Origin: Candidatus Bathyarchaeia archaeon
Lineage (GTDB): Archaea; Thermoproteota; Bathyarchaeia; Bathyarchaeales; Bathycorpusculaceae
NCBI GenBank assembly: GCA_049512075.1
Contig: JBEKXL010000007.1
Span: 1-64,000, forward strand
Length of the DNA: 64,000 bases
Direction: 5' to 3'
This document shows, piece after piece, positions 41,448 to 51,991 of this stretch. Position 1 is the first letter of the stretch; every line of letters starts with the position of its first letter. Under the pieces are notes generated by a model. That model was not told the DNA's origin and did not search any database. It worked only from the letters and a program-made list of their open reading frames with translations. A program made the translations under genes and the position numbers.

Positions 41448-42383
41448 TTACCTCTTTTGATAGTAGGGTCTTCTAATGAAACCGTAGGCTTCCAGTGCGG
41501 CCGTGATGCCTTGCCCAACAGCCGTTCCCACTTGTTTGATGGGATGGTTTGTAACGTCGCCTGCAGCATAGACGCCTTCCAAATTCGTTCGTTGCTGGGC
41601 ATCCGTGATGATGTAGTCGTCCTCATCTAAAGCGATACCTGCATCCTTGGCTATTCGACTGTTAGGATCCTCACCTACCTGAACGAAAACCCCGTTGACC
41701 GGCAATTCTCTGGATTCGCCAGTGTCTTTGTCGAGCAGTATAACTTTTTGGACGACCTTGTCGCCGCGTATCTCTTTTATTTCGGTGTTCCACAGAATCT
41801 CAACGTTCTTTGTGTTCTTCAAACTCTGAGTTAGCGCTTCTTCACAGCGAAAGGCTTCTCTCCTGTGAACAATCATGGTCTCGGCAGCGATGCCCGACAG
41901 GTAGAGAGTTGTCATCGCGGCTGAGTTTCCCCCGCCTACCACAAGTACGCGTTTTCCTCTGAAGAAAGGTCCGTCGCAGATTCCGCAGTAGCTAACCCCT
42001 CTGCCACGAAATTCCTTCTCACCAGGAACACCGAGTTGGCGATAATGGCTTCCAGTAGCAACTATAACTGCACTGGCTTCGTAGACAGTTTTCTGGGTTT
42101 GAACGCGCTTCTTTTCACTCTTGAGATCAAGGCTGACAACCGCTTCAAGCTCGTTTAGCGTAACCCCCGCGCTTTTGGCATGAGCCACCATCTTCTGCGC
42201 AAGCTCAGTTCCTGAAACGCTTGGAAAACCCGGGTAGTTCTCAACTATGGGCGCGTCTGCCGCCGTACCCCCCGCCAACTTTTCTTCCAGAACAATGGTC
42301 TCAAGGCCACTTCTCACGCTGTAAATTCCTGCAGTCAATCCTGCGGCACCCCCACCAATGATGACAAGCTCCAAATCTTCCAT
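41448..42383 (-). CDS. trxB: thioredoxin reductase
   Basis: GGGAAG, ENYPG, GVSYCGICDG, GGGNSA, AAGD. Confidence 0.95.
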   Translation of the reverse strand: MEDLELVIIGGGAAGLTAGIYSVRSGLETIVLEEKLAGGTAADAPIVENYPGFPSVSGTELAQKMVAHAKSAGVTLNELEAVVSLDLKSEKKRVQTQKTVYEASAVIVATGSHYRQLGVPGEKEFRGRGVSYCGICDGPFFRGKRVLVVGGGNSAAMTTLYLSGIAAETMIVHRREAFRCEEALTQSLKNTKNVEILWNTEIKEIRGDKVVQKVILLDKDTGESRELPVNGVFVQVGEDPNSRIAKDAGIALDEDDYIITDAQQRTNLEGVYAAGDVTNHPIKQVGTAVGQGITAALEAYGFIRRPYYQKR

Positions 42384-42749
42384 CCTGAACGCCCTCGGCA
42401 CTAATTCTTACTGAGAATGACACATATCAATTATTCCTAGCAAATAGGGTGTTTCCCTTCAGAAAGAGCCTTTCTTCAGCGCCCACTCAAATGTTTTTCA
42501 TTGCGTGTTCTGGTTGCGATGAAACTTTACAACCCAAACCCAAGCGCAACTATTTCTTATCTTTCGAATGTTTTGCAGGAAGCGAAACCTGTTTTTTCTC
42601 TTTTCTTTTCAGTTCTTTCTCTCGCTGTAATTTTTTATGCTGCTCTAAACCTGCAGCTTTCTTTTCTCTTCTTGACAAAACCTCATCAACCTTAACTGGG
42701 AATAGAAGCGTTACGCATTCTAAAGCGTTGTCCTTTTGTCTGCACCTGA

Positions 42750-42858
42750 AGGACGTATACTCGATTCGTATACTACCCCCTATATCCTGTTCTAACTGTA
42801 TTCCTGCCTCTGTTCTCTACTGCCAAGTTTACTATTCCCTGAAACGAGTATACGTCCT
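42750..42858. repeat. 18-bp inverted repeat with 73-bp strand-skewed spacer
   Basis: AGGACGTATACTCGATTC ... GAAACGAGTATACGTCCT (17/18 match). Confidence 0.75.
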
Positions 42859-43010
42859 GTCCTAGACCGTTTCCACTAGGGTTTGGTTTGGATAAAACTT
42901 TACCCTAAATTAGGCTAAGTCTGACTTAAATGGTGAGTCCAGATGATTTTGCGAGCAAATGCTTTTACTTTTAAACTTGAATGCTGTCTATTGTTAAGGT
43001 GGCGTTTGAA

Positions 43011-43217
43011 TTGGTTAAGTGGGAGTATAAGGTGATTCCGATAAAGACGCAGGTTCATTCAGATCATTTCGAAGTCGACAAAAGGCCAGTGATAGACGAT
43101 GTTCAAAATGACCTGAACGCCCTAGGCAATGAAGGATGGGAACTGGTCGGCATCCAAGACATCAGCCTGCCAGACGGCAGAATGTTCACTGTCGCCTACC
43201 TCAAGAGACAAAGCTAA
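43011..43217 (+). CDS. DUF4177-domain small protein
   Basis: KWEYKV...LNALGNEGWELV...YLKR. Confidence 0.85.
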   Translation: MVKWEYKVIPIKTQVHSDHFEVDKRPVIDDVQNDLNALGNEGWELVGIQDISLPDGRMFTVAYLKRQS

Positions 43218-43345
43218 CGCGTATAAAGGCGCATATAGCTTATGGGCGCGCGTGCTAAGAAACTTGACAAAGCGTTTCAACAATGAATTACGTGAGGCAT
43301 GGACAGTAAGTGATTTGGGTCAAGGGTCTATGTGTGGTGATAAGT

Positions 43346-43414
43346 TTGGAGGAGGAAAATTGGCAAGAAGAAAACTGGGACGACTCAGAGGACGAAGACA
43401 ATTTTGAGGACTAA
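43346..43414 (+). CDS. putative 22-aa acidic micropeptide
   Basis: GGTGA RBS then TTG; MEEENWQEENWDDSEDEDNFED*. Confidence 0.4.
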   Translation: MEEENWQEENWDDSEDEDNFED

Positions 43415-43506
43415 CTCACGCGCCTCATCGACCTGACAAAGAGAGAGAGAAAGCGTAAAGTTTTATCCAAACCAACCAAGAATTTGTCAGCAAATACTCA
43501 TGCTTT

Positions 43507-43816
43507 TAGCGCGCGCTGGCCTGTCCCGAAATTGGTCTAAAATGGTTCTAATTCTTCTTTTGCCTTTTTATGCTCAATTTGAGCTTGTTTGACAGGTAGA
43601 TCTTGGCCGTTTTGAGGGGTGGTGAATAATGGGAGCTTCGCAGATCCTGCGGGAAGTGGGGTTTTCCCATAACACGTGGAGGCTGCACTTGGCCCGCTTG
43701 GAACGTCAAGGCATGATCGTGAAAGCTAACAGCGCATGCGCCTCAAAACTGCCCCCAAACCCCAAAAAAGGAATAAACACCGTTTTTAACCATTTTAGGG
43801 ACAAGCCAGCGCGCTA
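43507..43816 (+). mobile_element. GCGCGC-bounded wHTH mini-element copy 5 with both TIRs
   Basis: TAGCGCGCGCTGGCCTGTCCCGAAATTGG ... CCATTTTAGGGACAAGCCAGCGCGCTA; interior QILREVGFSHNTWRLHLARLERQG joined to CAPQNCPQTPKKE*. Confidence 0.85.
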
Positions 43817-43881
43817 CTTGGTTCTCGCTCTAACAAGACTGAATCAAGGCCATCCTGAGCGTCCGTTTGAAGAGTTGGATT

Positions 43882-45000
43882 CTATAGTGCTAGATTGAGC
43901 AGTTCGGCAACGTCCATGATTTGGATTTTGCCCTCTGCCCCTGTGGTCTTGACAGCATCTTCGAATGTTAATAGACAGTACGGGCAGGCTGTAGCGAGGA
44001 TGTCTGCTCCAGCTTCAACAGCGTCTTTCACGCGGGTTTCCGCTAAGCGTGGACCCGGAATGTCAACCCACATCCTTCCTCCGCCTCCTTCGCAGCAGAC
44101 GCTTCGGGCTCGGGAACGGTCGAACTCCAACAGTTTGACGCCTGGCACGCTTTCGATGACTTTTCTCGGTTCTTCGTAGATGCCATTTTGTTTGCCCAAG
44201 AAGCACGGGTCGTGATAGATGACTTTCTTGTTCACTTCCTTCGATAAGGTGAGCTTTTTCTCGTTAATCAGTTTGGCAAGCAGTTGCGTGTGGTGTTGGA
44301 TCTCGAAGCTTGTCTGGTTGTACCTGTTCTTGAACGCGTGATAACCGTGTGGACAGCTTGTCACTCCTTGCTTTACGTTGTATTTGTTGAAGGTTTTCAT
44401 GTTCTCTTCAACTAGGAAGTCGAACAGGCCTTTTTCTCCCATGCCGTAGACTTCGCTTCCGCAGCAGTTTTCTTCGTCGCCTAGGACACCGAAGTTCAAT
44501 CCGGCGTTTGCAAGGACACACGCTAAGCTCCTAGCGACACTTTGGACTCGCGGATCATAAGCCGGGGTACAACCGACAAAGTATAGAATGTCTGCACCCT
44601 GAGACATGTGTTTAAGGTTCAGGCCTTGAGCCCATTCTGACCTTTTGTTGCGGATTCTTCCCCATGGGTTGCCGTTCTTGAATATGCTTTCTAACGCGTC
44701 TCGGATTGTCGGTGCGATTTGTCCTTCCTCAACCGCCATGCCGCGAACGTCAATCAAAAACTCGTATGGGTTCAAATCCTTTGGACAACGGACGCCGCAT
44801 GCACTGCAGGTTGTGCAGCTCCACAGCTCATTCTGCGAATGCTGTGTCAGCTTGCCCATTGTGGCAACTTCTCGCATGTACTTCCTAACGTTTAAGTTGG
44901 CTTTACGCGCAACTGGGCAGCTTCCCGTGCATGTTCCGCACTGGATGCATTCGAGGAGCTTATGTTTCTGAGTGAGCTCTTGAGCGTTCATATTGTCCAT
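43882..45000 (-). CDS. HdrD-like Fe-S oxidoreductase (2[4Fe-4S] plus CCG domains)
   Basis: CIQCGTCTGSCP, CTTCSACGVRCP, ENCCG, YHDPC, CCEGGGG, TACPYC; start adjusted. Confidence 0.9.
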   Translation of the reverse strand: MDNMNAQELTQKHKLLECIQCGTCTGSCPVARKANLNVRKYMREVATMGKLTQHSQNELWSCTTCSACGVRCPKDLNPYEFLIDVRGMAVEEGQIAPTIRDALESIFKNGNPWGRIRNKRSEWAQGLNLKHMSQGADILYFVGCTPAYDPRVQSVARSLACVLANAGLNFGVLGDEENCCGSEVYGMGEKGLFDFLVEENMKTFNKYNVKQGVTSCPHGYHAFKNRYNQTSFEIQHHTQLLAKLINEKKLTLSKEVNKKVIYHDPCFLGKQNGIYEEPRKVIESVPGVKLLEFDRSRARSVCCEGGGGRMWVDIPGPRLAETRVKDAVEAGADILATACPYCLLTFEDAVKTTGAEGKIQIMDVAELLNLAL

Positions 45001-45088
45001 CACTTTTAGTTGAATGGGGAGCATAAGATTATTAAAGCGTTTTCCCGTGAATTGTTTGAAACATATCCTGGAAAAGGAGATTTCACCG

Positions 45089-47455
45089 ATGGAGAAGAAA
45101 TCGCCCAAGATAGGCGTTTTCGTCTGTGAATGCGGCGGCAACATAGGGGAAGTTGTGGATGTCAAGGCAGTTGTTGACACTGTCAAGACATGGGACGGTG
45201 TTGCCGTAGCCAAATATCACAAGTATTTATGCTCAAAACCGGCTCAAGAAATGATTCTTGACGCCGTGAAAAAGGAAAATCTAGACCGGGTTGTGGTTGC
45301 AAGCTGCACGCCTCGTATGCATCTTGCCACTTTTCAGAGTGTTTTGGAACGAGCTGGTCTAAACCAGTTTATGCTTGAATTCGTGAACATAAGGGAGCAA
45401 GACTCATGGATATTGGGACCGCATCCTTCGCCGGAAGCGACGAAGAAAGCTATCAGTCTAATAAGAGGTGGTTACGAGAGAAGTCGCGAGCTTGAGCCGC
45501 TGCAGCTCATAAGCGAGAAGGGCTCCAGAGAGATACTCATTATCGGCGGAGGCATCTCAGGTATAACTTCTGCCCTTGAGCTTGGATATTTGGGTTACAA
45601 GGTTGACCTTGTTGAAAGAAAGTCCAGTATCGGCGGCAACATGGCCAAACTGACCAAGGTTTTTCCCACTTTGGATTGTGCACAGTGCATTTTAACGCCA
45701 AGGATGGCGGAAGTGGGCAGAAACACAAACGTTAACCTATACACCTACGCTGAAGTGCAAGAGGTCAGCGGAAGACCGGGCAACTACGATGTAAAAATAC
45801 GCATGAAGCCGAGAGGCGTTGACGTTCAGAAGTGCAGAAGCTGCGGTGTCTGCGCGAAAGTTTGTCCGGTAACGGTTTCAGACGAGTTTAACGAGGGTTG
45901 GTCGCAACGGAAAGCAGCCTACATCGAGTTTCCACAAGCCGTGCCCTCAGCCTACACCATTGACTTCAGCGCGTGCACAAAGTGCGGAAAATGTGAGCAG
46001 CTTTGTCCAGCCAAGGCCATAAGCTTGGCAGATCCGGGAAGCACAGTCGACCTGCACGTTGGTGGCATAATAGTGGCCACTGGCTATCAGCTCTATGACG
46101 CTAAGAAACTTGAAACCTACGGCTATGGCACATACAAAGACGTAATCACAATGATGGACCTGGAGCGGTTCGTCTCTGCAACTGGGCCAACAGGTGGCTA
46201 CATCAAGAAAGCTGACGGCACCGATGTTAAACGCATGGCAATAGTGCTCTGTGCAGGCTCACGGGACAAGAACTACATCTCGTACTGCAGTAGGATCTGC
46301 TGTATGTATTCTTTGAAGCAGGCTTTTGTGCTGAAGAAGATGCTCGGCATAGACGTGAGCATTTACTACACTGACATCAGGGCAACGGGCAGGGGATACG
46401 AGGATCTCTATTGGCGTGACCAGGAAGCTGGTGTCACCTTTATCCGTGGCAAGGTGGCGGAGGTGTACAAGAACGCCAAGGATGGCAAGCTCGTTGCTGT
46501 TGCGGAAGATACGATAACAGGCGAGGTGACCGAAGAAGAGTTCGACATGATTGCTTTGGCCACGCCTATGGTTCCGCCCACAGGGTTGAAGGAACTTGCT
46601 GAGAAAATGAAAGTCAGCATCAGTGAAGACGGGTTCGTCACGGAGAAGCATCCTAAACTCGACCCTGTTGATTCGCTAGTCACTGGTATCTTCGCATGCG
46701 GCTGCGCGTTGGGTCCCAAAGACGTCAGAGACACGGTTTCGGATGGCTTGGCCGCCTCAGCTAAAGCGGCATTGTTCCTGAAGAGCGACTACGTTACGAC
46801 AAGCCCCGAGAAAGCTTTCGTCATCAGCGACTTGTGCAACGGCTGCAATGCCTGTGTGCCAACCTGTCCGACAAACGCCATAAGCATGCAAGACGGGAAA
46901 GCCAAGATTGACCCGTTCCTGTGCACAGGTTGTGGCGCATGCATACCCGTCTGTCCTCAAGAAGCCATTGACTTCAAGAATGCGACGACTAAGCAGATAA
47001 CTGCAAGTCTGAGAGGAGTACTGGCAGAAAAGCAACCGGGCGAAGTCAGAGTCGTCGCCTTCGTAGACAAAAACGTTGGTTACACAGGCATGGACTTCTT
47101 AGGCCTGGACCGCACAAACTATCCTGAAAACATCCGCATCGTACCCGTTCCCACCACCGCCATCCTAGGCTTGAAACATCTGCTTTACGCATTCGCATAC
47201 GGAGCTGACGGTGTTCTGGTCATCGAAGGAACACAGGAAATTGATGAAAAGTTTACGAAGAAGAAAATGATCGACATGGGAAGGGAATTGGCCAGATACA
47301 ATGTTGAAAGCATGAGAGTGCGCTACAGCTACGTGCCCCTCCCAGTTTACAAGAAGGCTGCGGAGCTATTCACAATGTTCACGGATAGGATAAAGAAATT
47401 CGGACCGTTTCCAGAAGAAAAACGCTGCGAGATAAAACAGAAGCTTGGCCTGTGA
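45089..47455 (+). CDS. hdrA: HdrA fused to a Cys-less MvhD-like domain
   Basis: CECGGNI, SCTPRMH, KVFPTLDC, CAGSR, CSRICC; C-terminus GYTGMDFLG...YPENIRIV...GADGVLV. Confidence 0.9.
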   Translation: MEKKSPKIGVFVCECGGNIGEVVDVKAVVDTVKTWDGVAVAKYHKYLCSKPAQEMILDAVKKENLDRVVVASCTPRMHLATFQSVLERAGLNQFMLEFVNIREQDSWILGPHPSPEATKKAISLIRGGYERSRELEPLQLISEKGSREILIIGGGISGITSALELGYLGYKVDLVERKSSIGGNMAKLTKVFPTLDCAQCILTPRMAEVGRNTNVNLYTYAEVQEVSGRPGNYDVKIRMKPRGVDVQKCRSCGVCAKVCPVTVSDEFNEGWSQRKAAYIEFPQAVPSAYTIDFSACTKCGKCEQLCPAKAISLADPGSTVDLHVGGIIVATGYQLYDAKKLETYGYGTYKDVITMMDLERFVSATGPTGGYIKKADGTDVKRMAIVLCAGSRDKNYISYCSRICCMYSLKQAFVLKKMLGIDVSIYYTDIRATGRGYEDLYWRDQEAGVTFIRGKVAEVYKNAKDGKLVAVAEDTITGEVTEEEFDMIALATPMVPPTGLKELAEKMKVSISEDGFVTEKHPKLDPVDSLVTGIFACGCALGPKDVRDTVSDGLAASAKAALFLKSDYVTTSPEKAFVISDLCNGCNACVPTCPTNAISMQDGKAKIDPFLCTGCGACIPVCPQEAIDFKNATTKQITASLRGVLAEKQPGEVRVVAFVDKNVGYTGMDFLGLDRTNYPENIRIVPVPTTAILGLKHLLYAFAYGADGVLVIEGTQEIDEKFTKKKMIDMGRELARYNVESMRVRYSYVPLPVYKKAAELFTMFTDRIKKFGPFPEEKRCEIKQKLGL

Positions 47456-47682
47456 ACAGAGCCCTCACTTCTTCGGATTCAGAACCATAAAGCCTCCTTT
47501 TTGTCAATACCATGTTTGGATCAGTAGACCAACGGTAGGGTACGTCGGTGCACACACAACGAAAACCTGAGAGCCTTCAATAGCGCGCTAAATCATTTGT
47601 AACAACTGCTCGCGCTTTTGGAATGACCAGTGATGAGAGTTGAGCGTGCGAGGTGTGAAATCGGTCGAGCTGAAAAGAGCGT

Positions 47683-47940
47683 TTAAGTGCTAGTGACTAT
47701 TTCTGCTCCTGCGGCTACAGGTCCTGACGTCGTGATTTTGATTCTTAAATGGTCTCCGGGCTTTGCGTTACCAACGAAAACTGGGAAACCCTTGATTCTG
47801 CCTATGCCTTCCCCTTGAGGGCTTGTTTCGGTTATATCCACTTCGTATTCTTTTCCAGTCTCAACTGGGCAGTTCTGAACGCCTCTGCCACGTTTGCTCT
47901 TGGCATTTCTCGGGCTTCTTTTTCGCGGGCTCATTGGCAT
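47683..47940 (-). CDS. single TRAM-domain protein
   Basis: PVETGKEYEVDI...GEGIGRIKGFPVFV..AKPGD. Confidence 0.9.
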   Translation of the reverse strand: MPMSPRKRSPRNAKSKRGRGVQNCPVETGKEYEVDITETSPQGEGIGRIKGFPVFVGNAKPGDHLRIKITTSGPVAAGAEIVTST

Positions 47941-48637
47941 CTTCCTTTTTCTGCTTTTATGATGATATGATTATCGCCCCTCAGTGGCTTAAATGTTCCG
48001 CATTTTACTGCTCGCGCTAACCCAATTGAAAGTGCAATAATCTATCTAAAGTCCATATTCAGGAACGGCCCCCCATCTTCTTTCGTTTGCAATTGAGACG
48101 AAAATTCAAAACCCACTCACCTCCCCATCAAAGGGTCAGGAAGACAATCATAATCCTTTTTCCAGATAGGCTTTCGATTCACATAGGCAGAATAGGCATC
48201 GCCCACTTTGCAGGCTTCTCGCAGGGAAAACCCCTATCTTCAATGTGTACGAGACGGAACTTGAGGAAAAATGGTCGGCGCATCCGTTAGATTTGTTGCT
48301 TCTGGTTCATACTGATGGGAAGAAAATTCATCGGAGATCGGTTGCTTTGTTCCGCAAGGATATACTTCAATGTCAGGAACTCTGAACGTTATGAAGATAG
48401 AAAAAGAGAAACAGGGCTTCCAGAAAGAGGGTTCCCGAAACAAGGCGTTCAGACTGACATCTTTGGAGAAAAAGGAAGAAGACCAATAGCGCGCGCGTAG
48501 GTTCAAGCCACGCTAAAAGAGAGTTGCAACCCTTCTCAAGGACAGCTGAGTACTGCCGCGCGTGGCGCTAAACGTGAGCACATATCAAGTAAACCTTAAA
48601 CATAACCACAAAGTCCTATTCAAGTCGGTGAAAGGCT

Positions 48638-49348
48638 GTGACTAGAGCGTTGTATCTGGAGGACAGTTATCTCAAAGAATGTGACGCTGTCGTTGCTTCG
48701 GTGAAGGACGAAAAATACGTCGTTTTGGATCAGACCATCTTCTACCCAAAGGGAGGCGGTCAACCCTGCGATACTGGAAAAATCATCAGCGGAAATGAGG
48801 TTTACAACGTTGTTTATGTCGGCAAATTCTCCGGCGAAATCAGTCACGAGGTCGATCGTTTGGGTTTGAAAGCAAGTGACAAAGTTCACTGCGTGCTGGA
48901 CTGGGACCGAAGGTACAGGCTCATGCGAAGCCACACAGCAGCCCACCTTTTCGCTTCACTGTTGTGCAACGGCACGGGCGCGCTTGTCACAGGCAACCAG
49001 CTTGAAACAGACAAGATACGCTTCGACTTCAGCTTGGAACAGTTCAACCCTGAAATCCTAGAAAAATACGTGGCCAAAACGAACGAACTACTCAAAAAAG
49101 ACACGCCAGTAAAATCCTATGAACTTCCAAAAGAAGAAGCCCTCAAAATCCCCGGCGTAGTAAAAATGGCAGAAGCCTTCCCACCAGACATCCCCCGCCT
49201 CCGCATCGTAGAACTCGTCGACCTCGACAAACAAGCCGACGGAGGAACACACGTCAAAAACCTGGAAGAGGTCGGCCAAATAAAACTGCTCAAGACCGAA
49301 AACAAAGGCAAAAACAACAGAAGAATCTACTTCACCCTGACACCTTGA
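48638..49348 (+). CDS. alaXM: alanyl-tRNA editing protein AlaX-M
   Basis: LYLEDSY, FYPKGGGQP, HTAAH, DGGTHV. Confidence 0.94.
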   Translation: MTRALYLEDSYLKECDAVVASVKDEKYVVLDQTIFYPKGGGQPCDTGKIISGNEVYNVVYVGKFSGEISHEVDRLGLKASDKVHCVLDWDRRYRLMRSHTAAHLFASLLCNGTGALVTGNQLETDKIRFDFSLEQFNPEILEKYVAKTNELLKKDTPVKSYELPKEEALKIPGVVKMAEAFPPDIPRLRIVELVDLDKQADGGTHVKNLEEVGQIKLLKTENKGKNNRRIYFTLTP

Positions 49349-49558
49349 CCTTCAGGAAACCCCACTGGAAATTGAGGGCTTATTGAAATCTAGGCGTAGA
49401 GGGCTCCTTTCAATACGTGGCCCAGAGTCAATCAAGCATCGATGCACTTTCGAGCGTCAGGACCTTCGCAGATCTTGGCAAAATGTCTTCTCGGAGGAGG
49501 CAAAAGTTTTCAAACGTCAAATACCTATTCACACCATGCTTGGGGAAAGTGAGAGCCT

Positions 49559-51037
49559 GTGTCTAAGAGCGAGCTGAGAATTCAGTATTCGGGCCTCATC
49601 ATATTCGCAGCTCAGCTAATCAGCGTGGTCACAGGCATGGCATTCATTCTATTACTTACAAGAAACATGACAACAGACCAATATGGTGTATGGGGAAACA
49701 TCTTCGACGTAACAGGTTACTTCCTGTTGTTTTCAGGGTTCATCCCGTTCTGGGCAATACGGTTTGTCGCTCGGGGAGAAGAAGGCGCAACTAAGACAGC
49801 TTTTGTGGCAAACCTCACCGTGGCCATAGCTTCAGCCGCGGCATACATTCCAATAGCCCCCCTTATCGCAGCGAGTCTTCACATCACTGAAACCAGTGTT
49901 TACGTCTTGGCCTCAGCTCAAATGGTCACCGTGTACGCTGTTAGCACGCTTGAATCTTGTCTGCGTGCGAAAAGACCCCAGGCAATAGGATATGGCCTCC
50001 TGTTGGAAGAAGTGGTCAAACTTAGCCTGGCTTACCTGTTTATCGTGAGACTTCAGCAGTTGTTCATAGGCGCCATGCTCAGCCTCATCCTATCCGGTTC
50101 ATTCCAAACGCTCTTCTATTTGAAGCTCTTGTCAAAGGATATCCGACAAAAAGTCCAGTGGAGCTACGTTAGAGAATGGCTCAAGGGCTCAGCAGCACTC
50201 GTTTACAACGCTGTTGGAGGGCAATTGGCCAATTTCGTTCTTATTCTGCTTATTATTTACGGAACCCAATCAGGCAGAGGTGACTACCTGGCAGCAACGA
50301 CATTTGCAACCATCATCGGATACTCCTCATCCTTGGCGTTTGCACTCTACCCGAAATTGCTAGCTGAAAATAGCTTGAGAGAAATAACCGCATCTCTTAA
50401 AACGGTGCTAATGTTCGCGCTCCCACTGGTAGCAATCATCATCTCGATGTCACCATCCCTCCTAACGGTCCTGAAAATATCCTACCGCGAGGCCTGGCCC
50501 GTACTCATCGTCCTCTCAATCGATGCCCTCATATCTCTGGTATCGACATTCTACACCAACGTGCTTTACGGTGTTGAAAAACTAGACGAAGAAGCAAGAA
50601 TACCGCTCAGAAAACTCGTTAAGAGCAAGATGTTCAAGCTGCTGACATTACCTTACATACAAGCTGCTCTCACCCTGCCAACAACACTGTACATTTTGAC
50701 CCAATTCACGAACGGGCAGGCTGTGCGAGCAGCCACTTACGTGGCAATCATCATCATGGCTGCCCATGCTATCATGCTTCTTCTCACCTACCTTATCATG
50801 GGAACATCAGTGAGAATAGTTGTTCCTTGGGGAAGCATAGGAAAATACGTTTTCGCTTCATCCGTCACCGCAGTTATCCTGTACGTGCTTCCTCACCCGG
50901 CGACGCTGGCTTTGACCTTCGTTGCTGTTATCGTAGGAGCAGCGATATATGCCGCATTGCTGTTGGCAATCGACATAGATGCGAGAATGCTGGTTCGTTC
51001 AATACTGCAGGAAATCGGGTTGGTACCCAAGCAATAG
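49559..51037 (+). CDS. polysaccharide flippase-like (MOP family) membrane protein
   Basis: 12-14 TM segments, LLTR...YGVW N-terminal pattern. Confidence 0.7.
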   Translation: MSKSELRIQYSGLIIFAAQLISVVTGMAFILLLTRNMTTDQYGVWGNIFDVTGYFLLFSGFIPFWAIRFVARGEEGATKTAFVANLTVAIASAAAYIPIAPLIAASLHITETSVYVLASAQMVTVYAVSTLESCLRAKRPQAIGYGLLLEEVVKLSLAYLFIVRLQQLFIGAMLSLILSGSFQTLFYLKLLSKDIRQKVQWSYVREWLKGSAALVYNAVGGQLANFVLILLIIYGTQSGRGDYLAATTFATIIGYSSSLAFALYPKLLAENSLREITASLKTVLMFALPLVAIIISMSPSLLTVLKISYREAWPVLIVLSIDALISLVSTFYTNVLYGVEKLDEEARIPLRKLVKSKMFKLLTLPYIQAALTLPTTLYILTQFTNGQAVRAATYVAIIIMAAHAIMLLLTYLIMGTSVRIVVPWGSIGKYVFASSVTAVILYVLPHPATLALTFVAVIVGAAIYAALLLAIDIDARMLVRSILQEIGLVPKQ

Positions 51038-51201
51038 GCTCATCGCATAAAACTGGCCAGGCATCTGAAAAATGACCTTTGCCAACGGTGTGAAACCGCT
51101 TGAACGCAAGCTTTTCGATGTTAGGAAGCAAGGATTTACAAGCAAAAGCTATATGAAAACAGCCTGCTAAATCATGTCTCATTACTAGGAGAGGAAAGCA
51201 T

Positions 51202-51990
51202 TTGGACATAATTGTTTGTGTCAAGCATGTTCCAGAAACGGCTGAGGCAGAGTTGAAAATTGACTCTACGGGCAAAGCTATAGACAAAACAGGCTTGGTC
51301 TTTGACATCAACGAATGGGACGATTATGCGTTGGAAGAAGCAGTGCGCATGAAGGAAAAGCAGGGAGGAACCGTCACGGCCATAACCATAGGCGCTGAAG
51401 ACTCTGACACGACCCTGAGAAAATGTCTCGCCCGAGGAGCTGACAAAGCCATAAGGCTTACAGACCCGAAATTCAACGATTCGGATGGGTACGCCATAGC
51501 AAAAATTTTGCACAGCGTAATCAAAACTTTGCATTTCGACTTGATCCTGACAGGAATGCAAGCAGGCGACGACGGCCAGGCCATTGTGGGCCCGATTCTT
51601 GCAGAAATGCTCAAGGTCCCTCACGCGACGATGGTAAAGAAAATCGAGCTTGCCACAGGCACAGCTAAAGTCAACAGAGAGCTTGAAGGCGGATTGGAAG
51701 AGCAGGTTGAAGTGAAAACGCCCGCGTTGCTTTCGGTTCAGACAGGGATAAACGAGCCAAGATACGTTTCAATAATGGGCATCAGAAAAGCCATGCAGAA
51801 AGAAATAAAACTCATGACCCTGGCAGACACTGGCCTAACTGAGAACGATGTTGGTGCAGCAGGATCGTGGGTCAGAATAGAGAAGATGTACGTTCCGCCG
51901 GTCGAGAAACAAGCAGAATTCATCAAGGGAAGCCCTGATGAAATCGCGGCAAGAATAACTGAAATCCTCAAGTCAAGGGGGTTGATCTAG
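51202..51990 (+). CDS. etfB: electron transfer flavoprotein beta subunit
   Basis: VCVKHVP, ALEEA, GMQAGD, NEPRY. Confidence 0.95.
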   Translation: MDIIVCVKHVPETAEAELKIDSTGKAIDKTGLVFDINEWDDYALEEAVRMKEKQGGTVTAITIGAEDSDTTLRKCLARGADKAIRLTDPKFNDSDGYAIAKILHSVIKTLHFDLILTGMQAGDDGQAIVGPILAEMLKVPHATMVKKIELATGTAKVNRELEGGLEEQVEVKTPALLSVQTGINEPRYVSIMGIRKAMQKEIKLMTLADTGLTENDVGAAGSWVRIEKMYVPPVEKQAEFIKGSPDEIAARITEILKSRGLI

Positions 51991-51991
51991 A

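Noticed and set aside
42545-42810. Lys-rich open frame on the minus strand
   Set aside because: No good start codon; explained by purine skew.
48020-48490. Several short ORFs between two motifs
   Set aside because: No recognisable family; probably a decayed fragment, so no product was called.
49340-49480. Possible sixth wHTH-element remnant (GGAAACCCCAC; KHRCTFE)
   Set aside because: Matches too short, inconsistent in orientation and lacking GCGCGC ends.
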